Positions 32,562-45,328 of a DNA stretch of 64,000 nt are shown piece after piece. The stretch's first letter is position 1; the number at the start of each line of letters is the position of its first letter. Under the pieces are notes generated by a model. It did no database searches and had not been told where the DNA came from. It saw nothing but the letters and a program-made list of their open reading frames with translations. Source of the DNA: Veleropilina oligotropha. Taxonomy: Eukaryota. The stretch covers positions 248,001 to 312,000 of the forward strand of contig JBEUKZ010000115.1 of the NCBI GenBank assembly GCA_048128005.1, given 5' to 3'. Made by a program: the position numbers and the translations under genes.

Positions 32562-33827
32562 CATGCCAAGATTATCTGACAAAAACAGACCCATAGCATT
32601 GGGTTTTACCGGCTGTGACCCCTGCTAACAGGTAGCCCGAAGGATGGCTGTTAGCCCAAATGCCATCAGGAAACTGCGACAAAAGTTCCTGGAGACTGGT
32701 CTGGTGAAGGATAAACCTCGTAGTGGACGACCCAAAATGCCAACTGCTGCAGAGGATCGAGGAGGAGGAATTATGCTTAATGTCCTGTATATTTACAACA
32801 TCGAGGTTCAAGGCAGGACATGTCCGTGTTATCGCGGGAGGAAACCCCGATCGCCCGGGTAAACCCGCCCTCTTCGGCCAGTCACGGACAACTGTGCTTC
32901 ATAACTTGAACAAATGTGTGCTGCCTCAGCCGGGGGTCGATCCCACTACTGTTCGCGTCAGCGGAAACAAGCCAGTGAATATTAGAGTGGACACTCTACC
33001 CACTGCGCTACCGAAGCGGCCGCAGAGGATCGACTTATCATGAATCGAACATTAAGATGAAGAACATTGACAGGTAACACTGCACAATTGGTGTTAAACT
33101 GTTCATTTTCAGCATTAGAGATCCGAACTGACCTTCGATCACCTAATCATCAGCGTGTTAGTGTACACACTATCGGAAATCGTTTGCACAGTGCTGGGCT
33201 CCATGCTCGACGTCTGGTGAAAATGGCAATACTGCTGATGCGTCACAGAGAAGCCCATTTGCAATGGCAAGAATTCATTCACGATGGATTAATGGATGAA
33301 CGTTTTGGTCACAGATGAAATGCGTGCGTGTCTTCGTCAGGAAACGTGTCTGGCGCCCTAGGAATGAATAGCAAGCAGACTGCTGTGTGCAAGCTGTAAC
33401 AGCCTTTGAAGGTGGGAGTGTTATGGTGTGGGGTGGCATTATTTCACTTATCCAGACCATCGGTAATTTGAATGCTAACCAATATGTTGCTGAAATTCTG
33501 CGTCCACAAGTTGCATCACTTGCTGCTGCCATTGGTGATGGATTCATCCTCATGGACGATAACGTCCGCCCACGCAGAGGAAGACAGGTCAATGTATTAT
33601 TGGCTTCTGAGAGAATTGTGAGAATGGTGTGGCCTGCAAACTCGCCAGATCTTAACCCCATTGAGCATCTGTGGACCAGCTGAAGCGCTCTGTGTATGCT
33701 CGAATCAATGGAGACAGCACTCTGACTGACTTGGCACAATTGTTGCATGAGGAATGGACAGACTCATCAATACCACGAGGAGACGATCCTGGATGTGATT
33801 GAAAAGCGTGGTGGATACATATTACTG
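32562..33827 (+). pseudogene. Tc1 transposase pseudogene, interrupted by a SINE
   Basis: Starts MPRLS at 32562. Multiple stops and frameshifts; catalytic-domain motifs in 33387-33683. Confidence 0.88.
32761..33021 (-). mobile_element. tRNA-derived SINE (V-domain-like body)
   Basis: 12-bp TSD GCAGAGGATCGA (32749-32760 and 33022-33033). Minus strand has A box TAGCGCAGTGG, B-box-like GGATCGACCCC, body GGGTTTACCCGGG...GGTTTCCTCCC and a (CCT)n tail. Confidence 0.85.
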
Positions 33828-34402
33828 AACATTGTTTGTTGTTATCGCAATCAAATGAAGTCGGTGTGTGAATTTTAAAATTGGGTAATTTTCATTCAAT
33901 TCGTGGTCAGTCAGCCATTAAATCATGGATGACCCCATTCTTCACACTACATTAACCTAACTACCATAGGTAGCTTCCATGCTAGGTGTGATTATGAGGA
34001 AATTGTTTATTTAGAAATTATGATACATTTTTGAGGGGGGAACTTTCTTTTTGTGCGGTGTTTATATAGCTTCCCTGTTCGGAATATCCAACAGGTTCTT
34101 TGATCATGATATTATGCCGATCAAGAGTAAACTGTATCCCATGGTCAGTGAAGGTCCCAGGTTAATGTTTAATTTGCTCAATCGTAATGTTAAGGTCCCA
34201 GGTTAAAGTTTTGTTTGCCCAGTCTTCTCATTAAGGTCCCAGGTTAAAGTTTTGTTTGTCCAATCTTCACATTAAGGTCCCAGGTTAAAGTTTTGTTTGT
34301 CCAATCTTCACATTAAGGTCCCAGGTTAAAGTTTTGTTTGCCCAATCTTCTCATTAAGGTCCCAGGTTAAAGTTTCATGTGCCAAAATGTTGACAAAGTG
34401 TA

Positions 34403-35092
34403 ATAAATAGAGGATCTCACATGAGTGGTGGTGTAATATCACATTTATGAAACGAGTTTAACTAATTTTCATATTTTCCGAGGCTTTGCCGAGGAAAATA
34501 TGAAAATTAGTTAAACGAGTTTCATAAATGTGATATTACACCACCACGAATGTGATGTTCTATTTATCACATGTCTGTTTATGATAAAATTAATTTAAAA
34601 CAATTCACAACTTCGCTATTAGAAAGTAGCGACGTTGACACTACGGCGCATTGTAAGTAAGATGGAATGACGTCATACTCACGCAATACAAAAATGGTGA
34701 AATTTGCTACGAAATACAATGTTTACGTGTTTGTAAAAGTATAATTAAAGATTAAAAAGCAAATATGTGAAGATAAAATGCTAAAATTTTATATATGTTA
34801 TCTAAATGAAAAAGAATAATGAATATTATTTGTGCTTAAAATTTACAACGATAGTCTAAACATCTATGTGCGACACGTTATCGTCGATTACGTTTTGGAT
34901 TGAGTTTGACCAAAATCGTTTCTATATAAGGCAATTTTTCGGATGACGTTACGTCACTTGCGTTTTCATTGGTTACTTTAAGGTCTCTTTGTAAACAGCC
35001 AATCGCATTTCGATATGATTTTGAGACACGTGTATTACGACGAATAATACACAGTGCTGCACTATGAGAAAATGACCAAGACATGTGATAAA
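34403..35092. mobile_element. Hairpin-bearing non-autonomous element (possibly Crypton-like)
   Basis: Near-perfect palindrome 34403-34567; TTTATCACATGTC inverted as GACATGTGATAAA near 35080-35092. Family assignment is a guess. Confidence 0.45.
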
Positions 35093-35762
35093 GTATTATA
35101 ACAAATCTTTGTTTCTGCACTATAACTCAAGAAATATATCACTAAGTATCTTTAAATATGAAAGTTGCTTGGTAGGTGAATCTTATGACAAGGAAGCAGG
35201 CTGTTCATTTTCAATGATATCATTCAATTTTTTGTTTCCAGACGTTAATCAAGTAGCTACGCAAATATAAGAATTAGTAAATTTCTTTTGTTTATTCATC
35301 TAAATATTATGCATGTATGATGAAAGGGACATGTGCTTATCTGTAAGACTTGCTCACTACCAATAGGCAAAGTAAGTTGTTAGGCTTAATGGTCACTCTG
35401 TGAAGCTGGGATTATCAAAATCGGATGGATTTTGAAAACTGGCTTCCCTATTGGTTTATTAGGGCCCCGATAGGCGGCCCTATAGTGATCACCTTTTCCG
35501 TCTGTCCGTCCTTCCTTCCGTACGTCCATCCGGTTAAGGATCAGGTTAATGCCTCTGTTAACACACTGCCCTGAATGTATGACAATAAATGAACAAGATA
35601 ATGTTCCTACATGCTCTAGTGGCATTAGTGTAAATAATTTGACATGTTTAATGGACATTGAAGGGAATTAAGCTCTAAAAGTCTTGGTTAAGGTGTTTGG
35701 TTAAAGCTTCCATTTGGTGCTAATACTTCATATTTTCATGTTTTGTTTGATAAAGGCACTTT

Positions 35763-35942
35763 TTGTCTCGCCCCGAAGGGAAAGCGAGACTTAGGGATTA
35801 CATTTTCTGGCGTCGTCGTCATCGGCGTCGTGTCATTTTCGGTTAAAGTTTTTTCGGTTAAAGTTTTTCATTGAATAGAATTTTCTGATACATTGATATA
35901 TATATTTAAAGGGCGAGACATATCGGACCGTGGTTCTTGTTT
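35763..35942 (+). mobile_element. Short Helentron-type non-autonomous element (HINE/DINE-1-like)
   Basis: Sub-terminal IR TGTCTCGCCC / GGGCGAGACA, internal inverted GCGAGAC, (CGT)n microsatellite, 3' mini-hairpin, inserted in a T run. Confidence 0.65.
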
Positions 35943-36971
35943 GTCAAAGGTATCACTATTAATATCTATATCAAATATACTTACGTCCTTACTAATGCCA
36001 TAATAAGCCTATTATCGCTAAATCCGGACAAGGTGGAAATGGTAATTTGCACTTTTTAGTAAATTTAACCCAGTTGACCCACTGACCTGCTCGACCTCCT
36101 CCAGTTCATGTCTATTAAGAGCTCGCCAACTCCCGCGAGATCCTCGTGACCCAAGGGTCAAGACCTCATCCGAAGTTTTCCGCTCGATTGAACAAGTCGT
36201 GTTTTACTTTGCTCCACATTTTTTTTGTGAAAATCGATCTTTTCGAGCCTGATCTAAAGATCAATATAGCTCATAAGGTTGTTGATAGTGTTGTGTACAC
36301 GTTTAGTGGAAAATTAGAGAGTTTTCCTCCTGAATAAGCCCTTCTTGGAAGTTTTTCCTGTCGACTACAGACAAAAAACGAAATCAACATCCTCCATTGA
36401 CGACGCCATCTTGAAATTCTGAAAGAGAAAATAAAGAGGACGCTCAGAGGGATATTTAAAGAAGGAAGCTCCCTAGCAATTACTACGGAGTCAGGAGAGA
36501 GTTGTATTATTGATATTGCTTGAATTTGCATTGCATTTCATTTATATATACGATAATTCCTCAACGACGTTTTTCTTGCTATAAATTTATGTAATACATT
36601 TTATCGTCGTTGAAAAGCAGATTGTTTAGAATTTAACTATCGTTATCTTGGTAAATCTGCTAAGTCGGGGATAACACGCCGAATTCTAACAAATTGATAT
36701 ATATACATCCAAGAGGTTTTAGGTGTAAAGGGCGGTTTCTGTATAAGAAAGACCTCCCGTTTCTCAATTCGTTGGCCGACTTGTAATAAAAAGGTTTATC
36801 AAAGTCGGTGTTTTTGGGCGTATAATCCGCCGTAAGTTTTTAAGCGTATTTCAGCCTTTTCCAACTCTCGGATCAGGTACAATCGAGGTTGTAGTAGTAA
36901 TTTGGTAAACTACCCAGGAAATATCCGTATCACTTAAAAACACTATCTCCTACCTACCCGTGTAAGTAGCT

Positions 36972-39101
36972 ATGCAGTATTGCAGTGTTTCCGGGTGCCG
37001 ACAGAAAATCCGTGGTTTTGACAGGCACTCCGAATGCATTATTCACCGTGTTTGTTCTAGCGATAAGAACCATCCATGTGAGCATTGTATAGCACTAACA
37101 AATCGGCAGTGGGAGACTCTTTTCCCATCGAAGAAGACGACCAGGGTGTCTTCTTCCGATGGGACAGCCACCGAGAAGCTTAAAAGTTTAGAGACAGGCT
37201 TTGATCCTATACTTTCTGTTTCAGATACTCTCGGTAATAGCCGTGTTGGGACAGCGGTTATCGCGGGATCCACCATCCGAACCTCTGAGACTTTGGGAAA
37301 AGTCCCAGTAACTTCGTCGGGATCCATGGTTCAGGTACAGGCCCGAGTGCCGTCCGATTCCTCGCCTTTGGGCCTAGTAACCGTTGCTCATAGTATCTTG
37401 CCGGCCAGTAAGATACGTCGAGCGCTGCGGCGAAAAGCTGAGCAGGGCAGACAAAACCTTTCCTCTCCTCCGGCCTCGGAGGAGCAAGGCAGCGTTAGTC
37501 CTTCTGTGAGTCAAGTAACCTCTGAAAAGAGGCGAAGGAGACTAGCAGAAAAAGTCGATACAGTTGCTGGATACCACGAAAGTGGAAGAAATTCCAGACG
37601 CTCGACGCAACCCGTCCTCTCGTCCGACAACGGCGCTAGCTTAAAGGCTAATCCCGCCACCGTCGGAGCCCACGAGAGTGATGGAAGGCCAACCTCCTCT
37701 GACGATTCTTATCAAGACGTCCCGGGTGGTGTGGTAGGACCGGCTGCGTTCGGGGCTGAGGCTTACGGCGGATTTTCCCCCGTGTCTCACCGGAACAGGG
37801 TTACAGACCCGTATAGACTGTGGTCGCAGTCTTACGGGTCGTTCGCACCGTTTAACGCGCCTTCGGGCCGTTTCCCTGGCTGCGGTTTCCCGACAGGTAA
37901 CCCGAGTCCCTGGTACTCGGCTCCACCTGTCCGTGCAGCCCGTCCACCATGCGCTACGGTAACCTCGAGCGGACCAATGGCTGTTGGTCCGACGTCCGTC
38001 ATGCCTACGGGTTTCTCTCTTGAGAACGTCCAGGCTATGATTGCGACGGAAATCGAGGCACGTTGTAGGTCCTGGCAACCGGCTACCCTGCCGCCCCAGG
38101 TCCCAACGTCTCTGACCGTAACGCCGGGCTCGGCTCATGTTTCGGTGATGGAAGTAGATTCTCGTACCAACGAGGACACCATTCCTACTCCTCACTCTGA
38201 CCTCCCTGAATCGGTCGGACCAGACGGCTCTCGTAGTCGTTCTGGCACACATGAAGCCGTCTCCGCCACCCGCCGAAGGTACGACGCTGTTGCGTCGCTT
38301 CGCGGGGTGCTTGACTTGCTCGACCCGGCCTTGCCGGTAAGCGGAGTCACGCACAGGACAACGGCACGTCGGTTTGATGGGCCGGAAGCCCCCCTGCTTC
38401 CTACCCTACCCCAGTCTGGGTTGGTCTCGCTCGTCCTCGACTCGACGACTAAATCCATTCAGGGGTCCAAATCGGTGGAGACTTCCACTTTAACGGAGTA
38501 CCCTAGTGGTCTCCGTAAGGGAAGGTACCTCCGGCCCAGTAAGCGTCCGATTCCGATCGGGTGCTCTGGGACGTGTCTGGCGACCGAGCCGGTTCAGATC
38601 GATGCAGCAATGCGTCGCCTGTCGGCCAGTACGGCTCCCTCGGTAGTCAAAGTCCCATGGGTCGCCATGGAGGGCTTTGAGAGCTCCGCCCGTCGAGCTC
38701 TACGGCATTCCTCCATCCAGGATTCCTTCCTGGACGGAGCTATTACCGTGCTACAACAGGATGGACCCCGCGCTCGAGAGATCGCACTGTCCTTCCTCGA
38801 AGAGGTTGCCGCCGCCACGGAGAACTACGCGTCGGAATCAGCCCGATCCTTAGGTAACGCGGTCCTACTCCGTAGAGACGCTTGCCTAGACGGCACCATG
38901 TTAGACGACGCCACCCGGCAGTCTCTACGTTGCGTGCCGCTGTCGGCCCCTACTCTCTTCGGAGACAAATTCGCCGAATTTGTCGAGAACAGAGCGACCG
39001 ACCTCAAGGATCGCGCTGTTGAGAAGGCAGTCTTGGATACTCCTCGTAGTACGTCGGCTGCCACCTCAAGGAAGCGCTCGGGACCGTCCCGGTCCCATTA
39101 G
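36972..39101 (+). CDS. DIRS-3 gag-like ORF1 (premature stop near the C-terminus)
   Basis: Continuous 709-aa ORF with the N-terminal Cys/His cluster; stop plus a 1-nt loss at about 39100 relative to DIRS-2. Confidence 0.85.
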   Translation: MQYCSVSGCRQKIRGFDRHSECIIHRVCSSDKNHPCEHCIALTNRQWETLFPSKKTTRVSSSDGTATEKLKSLETGFDPILSVSDTLGNSRVGTAVIAGSTIRTSETLGKVPVTSSGSMVQVQARVPSDSSPLGLVTVAHSILPASKIRRALRRKAEQGRQNLSSPPASEEQGSVSPSVSQVTSEKRRRRLAEKVDTVAGYHESGRNSRRSTQPVLSSDNGASLKANPATVGAHESDGRPTSSDDSYQDVPGGVVGPAAFGAEAYGGFSPVSHRNRVTDPYRLWSQSYGSFAPFNAPSGRFPGCGFPTGNPSPWYSAPPVRAARPPCATVTSSGPMAVGPTSVMPTGFSLENVQAMIATEIEARCRSWQPATLPPQVPTSLTVTPGSAHVSVMEVDSRTNEDTIPTPHSDLPESVGPDGSRSRSGTHEAVSATRRRYDAVASLRGVLDLLDPALPVSGVTHRTTARRFDGPEAPLLPTLPQSGLVSLVLDSTTKSIQGSKSVETSTLTEYPSGLRKGRYLRPSKRPIPIGCSGTCLATEPVQIDAAMRRLSASTAPSVVKVPWVAMEGFESSARRALRHSSIQDSFLDGAITVLQQDGPRAREIALSFLEEVAAATENYASESARSLGNAVLLRRDACLDGTMLDDATRQSLRCVPLSAPTLFGDKFAEFVENRATDLKDRAVEKAVLDTPRSTSAATSRKRSGPSRSH

Positions 39102-39259
39102 CTTCCAAGCGTGCCAAACCTTCGCATAGTGGGCCTTCTCAGGCCAATAAATCTACTGCGAAAACGGCACCTCCGACCAAATCCCGTCAGAGCGGGAGAG
39201 GGAAGCCGCGGTCTAGGGTTGCCGACGCTCGCGACGAGCCCAGTTACACGCTGCCGCCG

Positions 39260-41281
39260 GTGGGAGCGTGTCTGTTAGAGTACAGCCTGTCCTGGCTAGA
39301 AATGACAGGGGACAACTGGGTTCACTCAGTCGTGAGTGCCGGATACAAGTTGGCATTCGACCGGCATCCAACCCTAGACGCGACACCACCACCAGGACGC
39401 GCTCGTCTCCTGATAGGAGAAAAACAAGCCGTCCTAGACCAGGCAGTGCGGGATTTACTCTCAAAGAGAGCGATCTATCCCGCGCCGCCCAGCACACCAG
39501 GATATTACAGCCACTTTTTCCTGGTCCCGAAACCCGATGGCCGTTGGCGACCGATCCTCGATCTGTCGTTCCTCAACCAGTATCTTCGTACCGAGAAGTT
39601 CAAGCAAGAAACACTCTCGAAGATACGAACGGCCATCCGTCCGGGCGACTGGGCAGCGTCTATCGACTTAACCGATGCGTACCTACACGTTCCGATGCAC
39701 GTCTCGGATCACCGGTACCTACGGTTTGTTCACGGGGGAACGGTCTACCAATTCAGGTGTCTACCGTTCGGTCTATCGTCAGCCCCGTACGTCTTCACGC
39801 GGGTAGTACAGGCCCTCGGGGCCTTCCTACACTCGCAAGGGCACAGAGTACACATGTACCTCGACGACTGGTTGATTCTCGGGGCGTCCCGGGATCAGTG
39901 CCTCCAGTCTATGAGCGTTACCCTGTCATCGGCGAAGCGCCTAGGATTACAGATCAACAACGACAAATCCTGCTTCGTGCCCTCGACGACGTTTATATTT
40001 CTAGGGGTCGAATTCGACACGGTCCGGTACACCGCGAAACCGACTCAGCAACGTATAGAGAACCTACGCGCAGTTATACTGGAAACAAAGTCTTCACGGA
40101 TAACTACAGCGCGACGACTGGCCACTGTCCTAGGGCACATCGAGTCGGTAGCTCCCCTGTTACCGACAGGTCGCATGGACAAACGACCGTTGCAGCAGGC
40201 CTTCAAGGACCGCTGGATACAACGTACGGGACAGTGGACGGATCGCATCGATCTACGGCATTGGTTCAATCGCACGGCAGCAGTGTGGTTGAACACTACC
40301 CTGCCGAGCCAGTCGGTTCCAATATCCCCCCCAGAACCGAACGCCTACCTCTTCACGGACGCGTCAAACGAGGGCTGGGGAGGGCACCTCGACAGTCACG
40401 AGACATCGGGCCTATGGCCGACGGACCTTCAGGGACGACACATCAACCTCCTAGAGTTAGAAGCCGTCTACCTGTCAGTACAGTCCCTCTCGTCACATCT
40501 CCGCAACAAGCACATCATGCTAGCAACGGACAACACGACTGTCGTCGCTTACATTCAGCACCAGGGCGGTACCCGCTCCCGTCCGCTTTGCGACCGAGCG
40601 ATCGACCTACACCGCTTAGTGATGTCCCTCAACTCGACAATTCGAGCCCGACACATCCCGGGGAAGCTGAACGTCAGAGCGTATCCGCTCTCTCGGAAAA
40701 CACAGATAATACACACAGAGTGGACGCTACATGCCCGTGTAGCCCGAGATGTCTGTCGCCTGTGGTCGACGCCTCAAGTCGATTTATTCGCAACCGAATA
40801 CAATCACCGACTCCCCCTCTATGTGTCTCCTTACCCGGACCCGGCCGCTATAGCGGTCGACGCTCTGTCAATGAGATGGGAGAATCTGATCGCCTACGCC
40901 TTCCCACCGTCGTGCATGTTAGCACAAGTACTACGGAAAGCGACCCGCGAAGACTGCGAGTTAACGCTAATAGCGCCACTACAACGCACGCAGTCCTGGT
41001 TTCCGACACTTCTGGATCTACTCATCGATCAGCCACGAGCGCTACCGCAGATAACAGACTTGTTATCACAACCGCGCAGTCGGGTTCTACACCCGTCGGC
41101 GAGCGAGTTTCACTTTCACGCCTGGCGACAATCGAGAGATCGCTCATTGAGAAAGGCTTTTCTAGAGCGACAGCCCAGCGCATCCACCGATCTAGAAGGC
41201 AATCTACAACAAGCTACCTATGGAAGAAATTTGTGGATTGGTGTCGCGGGCGGCAAGTCAATTTATTCCGCCCCCCTGTGA
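39260..41281 (+). CDS. DIRS-3 pol (RT, RNase H, MT-like)
   Basis: YLDD, TDAS and VDLFA/AYAFPP motifs; the last RNase H Asp is changed (AYPLSR). Confidence 0.9.
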   Translation: MGACLLEYSLSWLEMTGDNWVHSVVSAGYKLAFDRHPTLDATPPPGRARLLIGEKQAVLDQAVRDLLSKRAIYPAPPSTPGYYSHFFLVPKPDGRWRPILDLSFLNQYLRTEKFKQETLSKIRTAIRPGDWAASIDLTDAYLHVPMHVSDHRYLRFVHGGTVYQFRCLPFGLSSAPYVFTRVVQALGAFLHSQGHRVHMYLDDWLILGASRDQCLQSMSVTLSSAKRLGLQINNDKSCFVPSTTFIFLGVEFDTVRYTAKPTQQRIENLRAVILETKSSRITTARRLATVLGHIESVAPLLPTGRMDKRPLQQAFKDRWIQRTGQWTDRIDLRHWFNRTAAVWLNTTLPSQSVPISPPEPNAYLFTDASNEGWGGHLDSHETSGLWPTDLQGRHINLLELEAVYLSVQSLSSHLRNKHIMLATDNTTVVAYIQHQGGTRSRPLCDRAIDLHRLVMSLNSTIRARHIPGKLNVRAYPLSRKTQIIHTEWTLHARVARDVCRLWSTPQVDLFATEYNHRLPLYVSPYPDPAAIAVDALSMRWENLIAYAFPPSCMLAQVLRKATREDCELTLIAPLQRTQSWFPTLLDLLIDQPRALPQITDLLSQPRSRVLHPSASEFHFHAWRQSRDRSLRKAFLERQPSASTDLEGNLQQATYGRNLWIGVAGGKSIYSAPL

Positions 41282-44200
41282 CACAATTTATCGAGTTTTA
41301 TCGTCGTTGCTCGAACGTGGAATGTCCATTTCCGCTGTCCGCTGCAAAACTCGAACGACCCATTCTACAGGCGCGACCGCCTGCGTGACGTGTCTTGTTG
41401 ATTCTCAAAGCTTACCTAGATGTCCGTTCGACCTTACGAGTGAATGCTTCCTCAAAAATCTCACTTATTAGACCGTTCTACTTACCGCTCTCACGACTGG
41501 TAACAGGGCATCGGCGATACACGCATTATCCGGTGAGCTGCGGGATATACACTTCCACACCGATGGGTCGGTGACGCTGCATACGGTCCTTGCCTTCTTA
41601 GCGAAGACACAACGACCTGAAGATGTCTGTCCCGAGGTTTGTATCCGTAACCTCTCCATGTTGGATAGAGACGATATCAACTGGCTGATCTACCCCGTTC
41701 GTGCGCTGAGATTCTATCTGGACTGGACCCGTAGTGACCTACGGCAGGGCAAAAGCTTTTATTCATAAAACCATATGTCCCAATTCAACCGCGACATTCG
41801 CATGCCGACTGTATCACGTTGGAAGTCTCTATTGTAAAGGAAATTTACAAGCGGTCCTACACGCCAGATCGAGATCTCGTCAATTCCCGCGCATGAAACA
41901 CGGGTCTTTGCGACTTCACTGCCCTTCAAGTATAATTTACATATCAATGCAGTCTTGAAGGCCGGTTATTGAAAGAATGCTTATTCCTTTGTTCGCCTTT
42001 ACCTGCGTGCTTACGCAACCACGGCTCTAGCGATCATAGCATTTCGGTTGTCGCTGCAAATCAGCTTTGTATTACAGGATTTAGGTCATCCTATCAGTGA
42101 TTGGTTAAACTTTCCCAAGGATTATTACCAAGGAACTGAGGTAATGAAATGTTTTTCTATTCGTGTACATTGTAACACACTTAGAATTTTACTCCAATGT
42201 TATTTCTTTCTTAAAACTGATTAAGAAATTGAAATTATCTATTCATACTGAGTTAATATGAAGTAATGCCCACATTGGATGTGAACATTTATATTACGAA
42301 ATCTTAATAATGTTTTTTGTATATAATATTATTTTAAAAATGTTCTCCTTGCTGTCACAGAACATTTCAATGTGCATACATTGGAAAAAATTTAATATTA
42401 TTCTCTACTTAAAATTATTTAAGTAACATGTATCATGTTGACATTTTGCAAGTTGGACATGCAAAAATTTTATTATTCAAGATGAAGTTATTGAAATTTT
42501 CTTCAATCTATTGATAATTGTCACGGTTTTATAACACTGTCAACCTGCCTAGGTTCGGGTGCTTCTAAAAACCACGTCTTGCAGTTTTCTGTCTGCCGAC
42601 CTTTGAGTCCGGAATATTCAGTCCACTGTCTTTGCTCATGACACGAGTGCCTCAAGGTATACCTTCCGCCGGTGTCCGGAGCTACATGCACTTTCGTGTT
42701 ACCTGTCCGACTAACATCCCTGGCGTGTTTTCCCAGATTTCTTGGGCGAAATCTCACCTCGGGGTAAGGGTAGATTTGATGCTCAGTAAAATCCACTCTG
42801 AACGGACTCGATCTCAACGCTAAAGCGTCGTCTTCTGGTAACAAGTAAGTTTTAATTTTGGTGTATGGAACTTATAACTCCGCCAACCAAAGTTATTCTT
42901 GGCATTAGTAAGGACGTAAGTATATTTGATATAGATATGAGTATTAAGAGTAATCCCTTGTATCTATAATAATATACTTACGTCCTTACCCACTTGGCCC
43001 ACCCTGCTTCGCACCTCCCCTCTTATATAAGTTCTTTGTCTTGGGGTTTGCAGAAACTTCGGATGAGGTCTTGACCCTTGGGTCACGAGGATCTCGCGGG
43101 AGTTGGCGAGCTCTTAATAGACATGAACTGGAGGAGGTCGAGCAGGTCAGTGGGTCAACTGGGTTAAATTTACTAAAAAGTGCAAATTACCATTTCCACC
43201 TTGTCCGGATTTAGCGATAATAGGCTTATTATGGCATTAGTAAGGACGTAAGTATATTATTATAGATACAAGGGATTACTCTTAATCCTCATATTATGAA
43301 TCCTTCCTGAAACTGTAGTGTTGATATTGGGACATGTGCTTATCTGTAAGACTTGCTCACTGCCAATAGGCATAATAACCTGTTGAGCTTAATGGTCACT
43401 ATGTGAAGATGGAATTATCAAAATTGGAAATTAAACTGATTTTGAAATCTGGCTTCCGGTTCCGGTTCATGAAATCTGGTTCATTTCAATGGTTTCTTGA
43501 AATGGCAGTATTTGTTGTCATTATACAAGAGCAGACTGTATACAGTGTCCAATATCATTCTGGTCAACTGGTCAGGGTTCAAATTATCAGCTAATATTTG
43601 AAATAAATTCAAAGCAAACTAAACAAATAATTATGGCCCCGCAAGGTGGCCCTATAGTGATCACCTTTTCCATCCTTCCGTCCGCCCGTCGCAGATTTGA
43701 TTAAGGTTCAGGTTAACGCTTCTGTTAGCACACTTTGCCCTGAATGTATGGCAATAAATGAACAATAGAATGTTCCTACATGCTGTAGTGGCATTAGTTT
43801 AAGGAATTTGACATGTTTAATGGACATGTTTAATTTGGTGCTAATACTTCATATTTTCATATGCTTTGTTTGATAAAGACACTTTTTTTCAAAGGTTTGT
43901 TTGAAGATCAGTATTATGAATCCTTCCTGAAACTGTAGTGTTTATATTGAAGGAATTTACTTGAAATTTTATGGTTAAGGTACCAGATTAAAGCTTCTAC
44001 TTGAAGCATTTTTCCAAGTTTTGATGCCAGATTTGATGTTTTGACAAAGTTAATTGCTTGGATATCACTAGTAGATCTATGCAATTTCATTAAAGATATT
44101 TGTAAATTTTATTTTTTTTCATAATATTTAATTGAAAATGACTTGGTTAATGTGTTAGGTTAAAGCTTCTGCTCTGCATATTTGGTTAAGGTTCAGGTTA

Positions 44201-45328
44201 ACGCTTCTGTTAACAAACTTAGCTCTATATGTATGCTAATAAATGAACAAGGGAATGTTCCCACATGCTGTAGTGGTATTATTGAAAGGAATTTGACATG
44301 TTTAATGGATATTGGAGGGAATTTTGCATAAAATATCTTGGTTAAGGTGTTTGGTTAAAGCTTACATTTGGTATTAAATAGTTCATTTTTTCATATGATT
44401 TAATGTTTAGTTTCTGTCTGTCTCTGACTACAGGTACATCAAGGTGAGAGAGGTAACAGTTTGTGAAACAATATCATCATGTATAGCTTTTCTGTTGGAA
44501 ATATCCAGTGCGTAATGATTTGGACTATCAACAGCATAAACTTCATCAAATGGTCAATGTAAATTTATCTTCTAGAGGGGATACTAGTCTCCGGACAACC
44601 CAGGCGCACCTTGGAGTGCAAATTAGTAGTAGTATCCCGCTCTTTGTAAATTTATCTTCTATTTTTGCATATATATATAACAATTATTGCTCACATGTGA
44701 ATGTTTATCGAATGGCACCCCATCACTTGTTATCTAGTTATTTCTAGCGATATTTAATAGTCCAGTATATTATGATATGATGTAAAAAAACTTATAAGAC
44801 GTCTTCATATATAAATTAAAATAATAATTAAATCACCGTAGTTCTCAACGACGATGCTACGAAACCAAATCAGGGGAGATAATATTTTTAATTTTGTTAC
44901 AAAAGACACGTTGCGTTGTTATTTATCGGCGAACTAAGTGATGTTCACATGAATACATGTAACGGCACCTTTTACATTGATGGCAAATACGCAAGTATTT
45001 TGATCAATTAACTATGTTAATATCAATTATGTATTGTTTTGTCAATTATGCAGTCGAAAATTTCTTATGCAAATAAGCGAAATTCTGGCAATTATGCATG
45101 CGATTAAGCGATTATTTGTATATGATAATAATAGTAAACTATTCTGTTCCTGCAGATTTTATGCAAATATCCGAAATATGCAATTAAGCGTTATGCAATT
45201 AAGTGGAATCCACTGTAGCAATAATGTGCTCGAAACTCAGCTACGTTTTGTCACCAAGAAATATGGCTTGTCAGATTTCACCATGGATAAACAATCTGCT
45301 GAAAAGTAAATAAAAAGATTCCCATGCA

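Larger units (their letters stand above)
32311..34062 (+). mobile_element. Tc1-family DNA transposon, decayed
   Basis: TIRs of about 200 bp, TA flanks; transposase fragments KPRSGRP, SVMVWGGI, MDDN and WPANSPDLNPIEHLW. Confidence 0.93.
31970..34380 (+). repeat. HINE-like element with a 41-bp tandem array (34150-34380), interrupted by the Tc1 element; related heads at about 35460 and 43633
   Basis: Head GGCCCCG..GGCCYTATAGTGATCACCTTTTCC followed by a (GTCC)n-like tract occurs three times; unit TTAAGGTCCCAGGTTAAAGTTTTGTTTGYCCAATCTTCWCA. Confidence 0.6.
35963..43294 (+). mobile_element. DIRS-3: full-length DIRS retrotransposon (same subfamily as DIRS-2), YR decayed
   Basis: ITRs at about 35974-36178 and 43054-43257; ICR about 42900-42989; TAT at both ends. 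Confidence 0.96.
31554..45215. mobile_element. pogo/Tigger-like TIR element expanded by nested insertions
   Basis: TA-flanked termini CAGTGGATTCCGCTTATTTGCATAGCG and the reverse complement CAGTGGATTCCACTTAATTGCATAACG (24/27 match); subterminal TATGCAAWTAAGCG repeats at both ends. Confidence 0.65.

Noticed and set aside
32930..33021. tRNA gene
   Set aside because: A and B boxes are present but there is no cloverleaf. It continues into a SINE body and has a TSD, so it is a SINE head.
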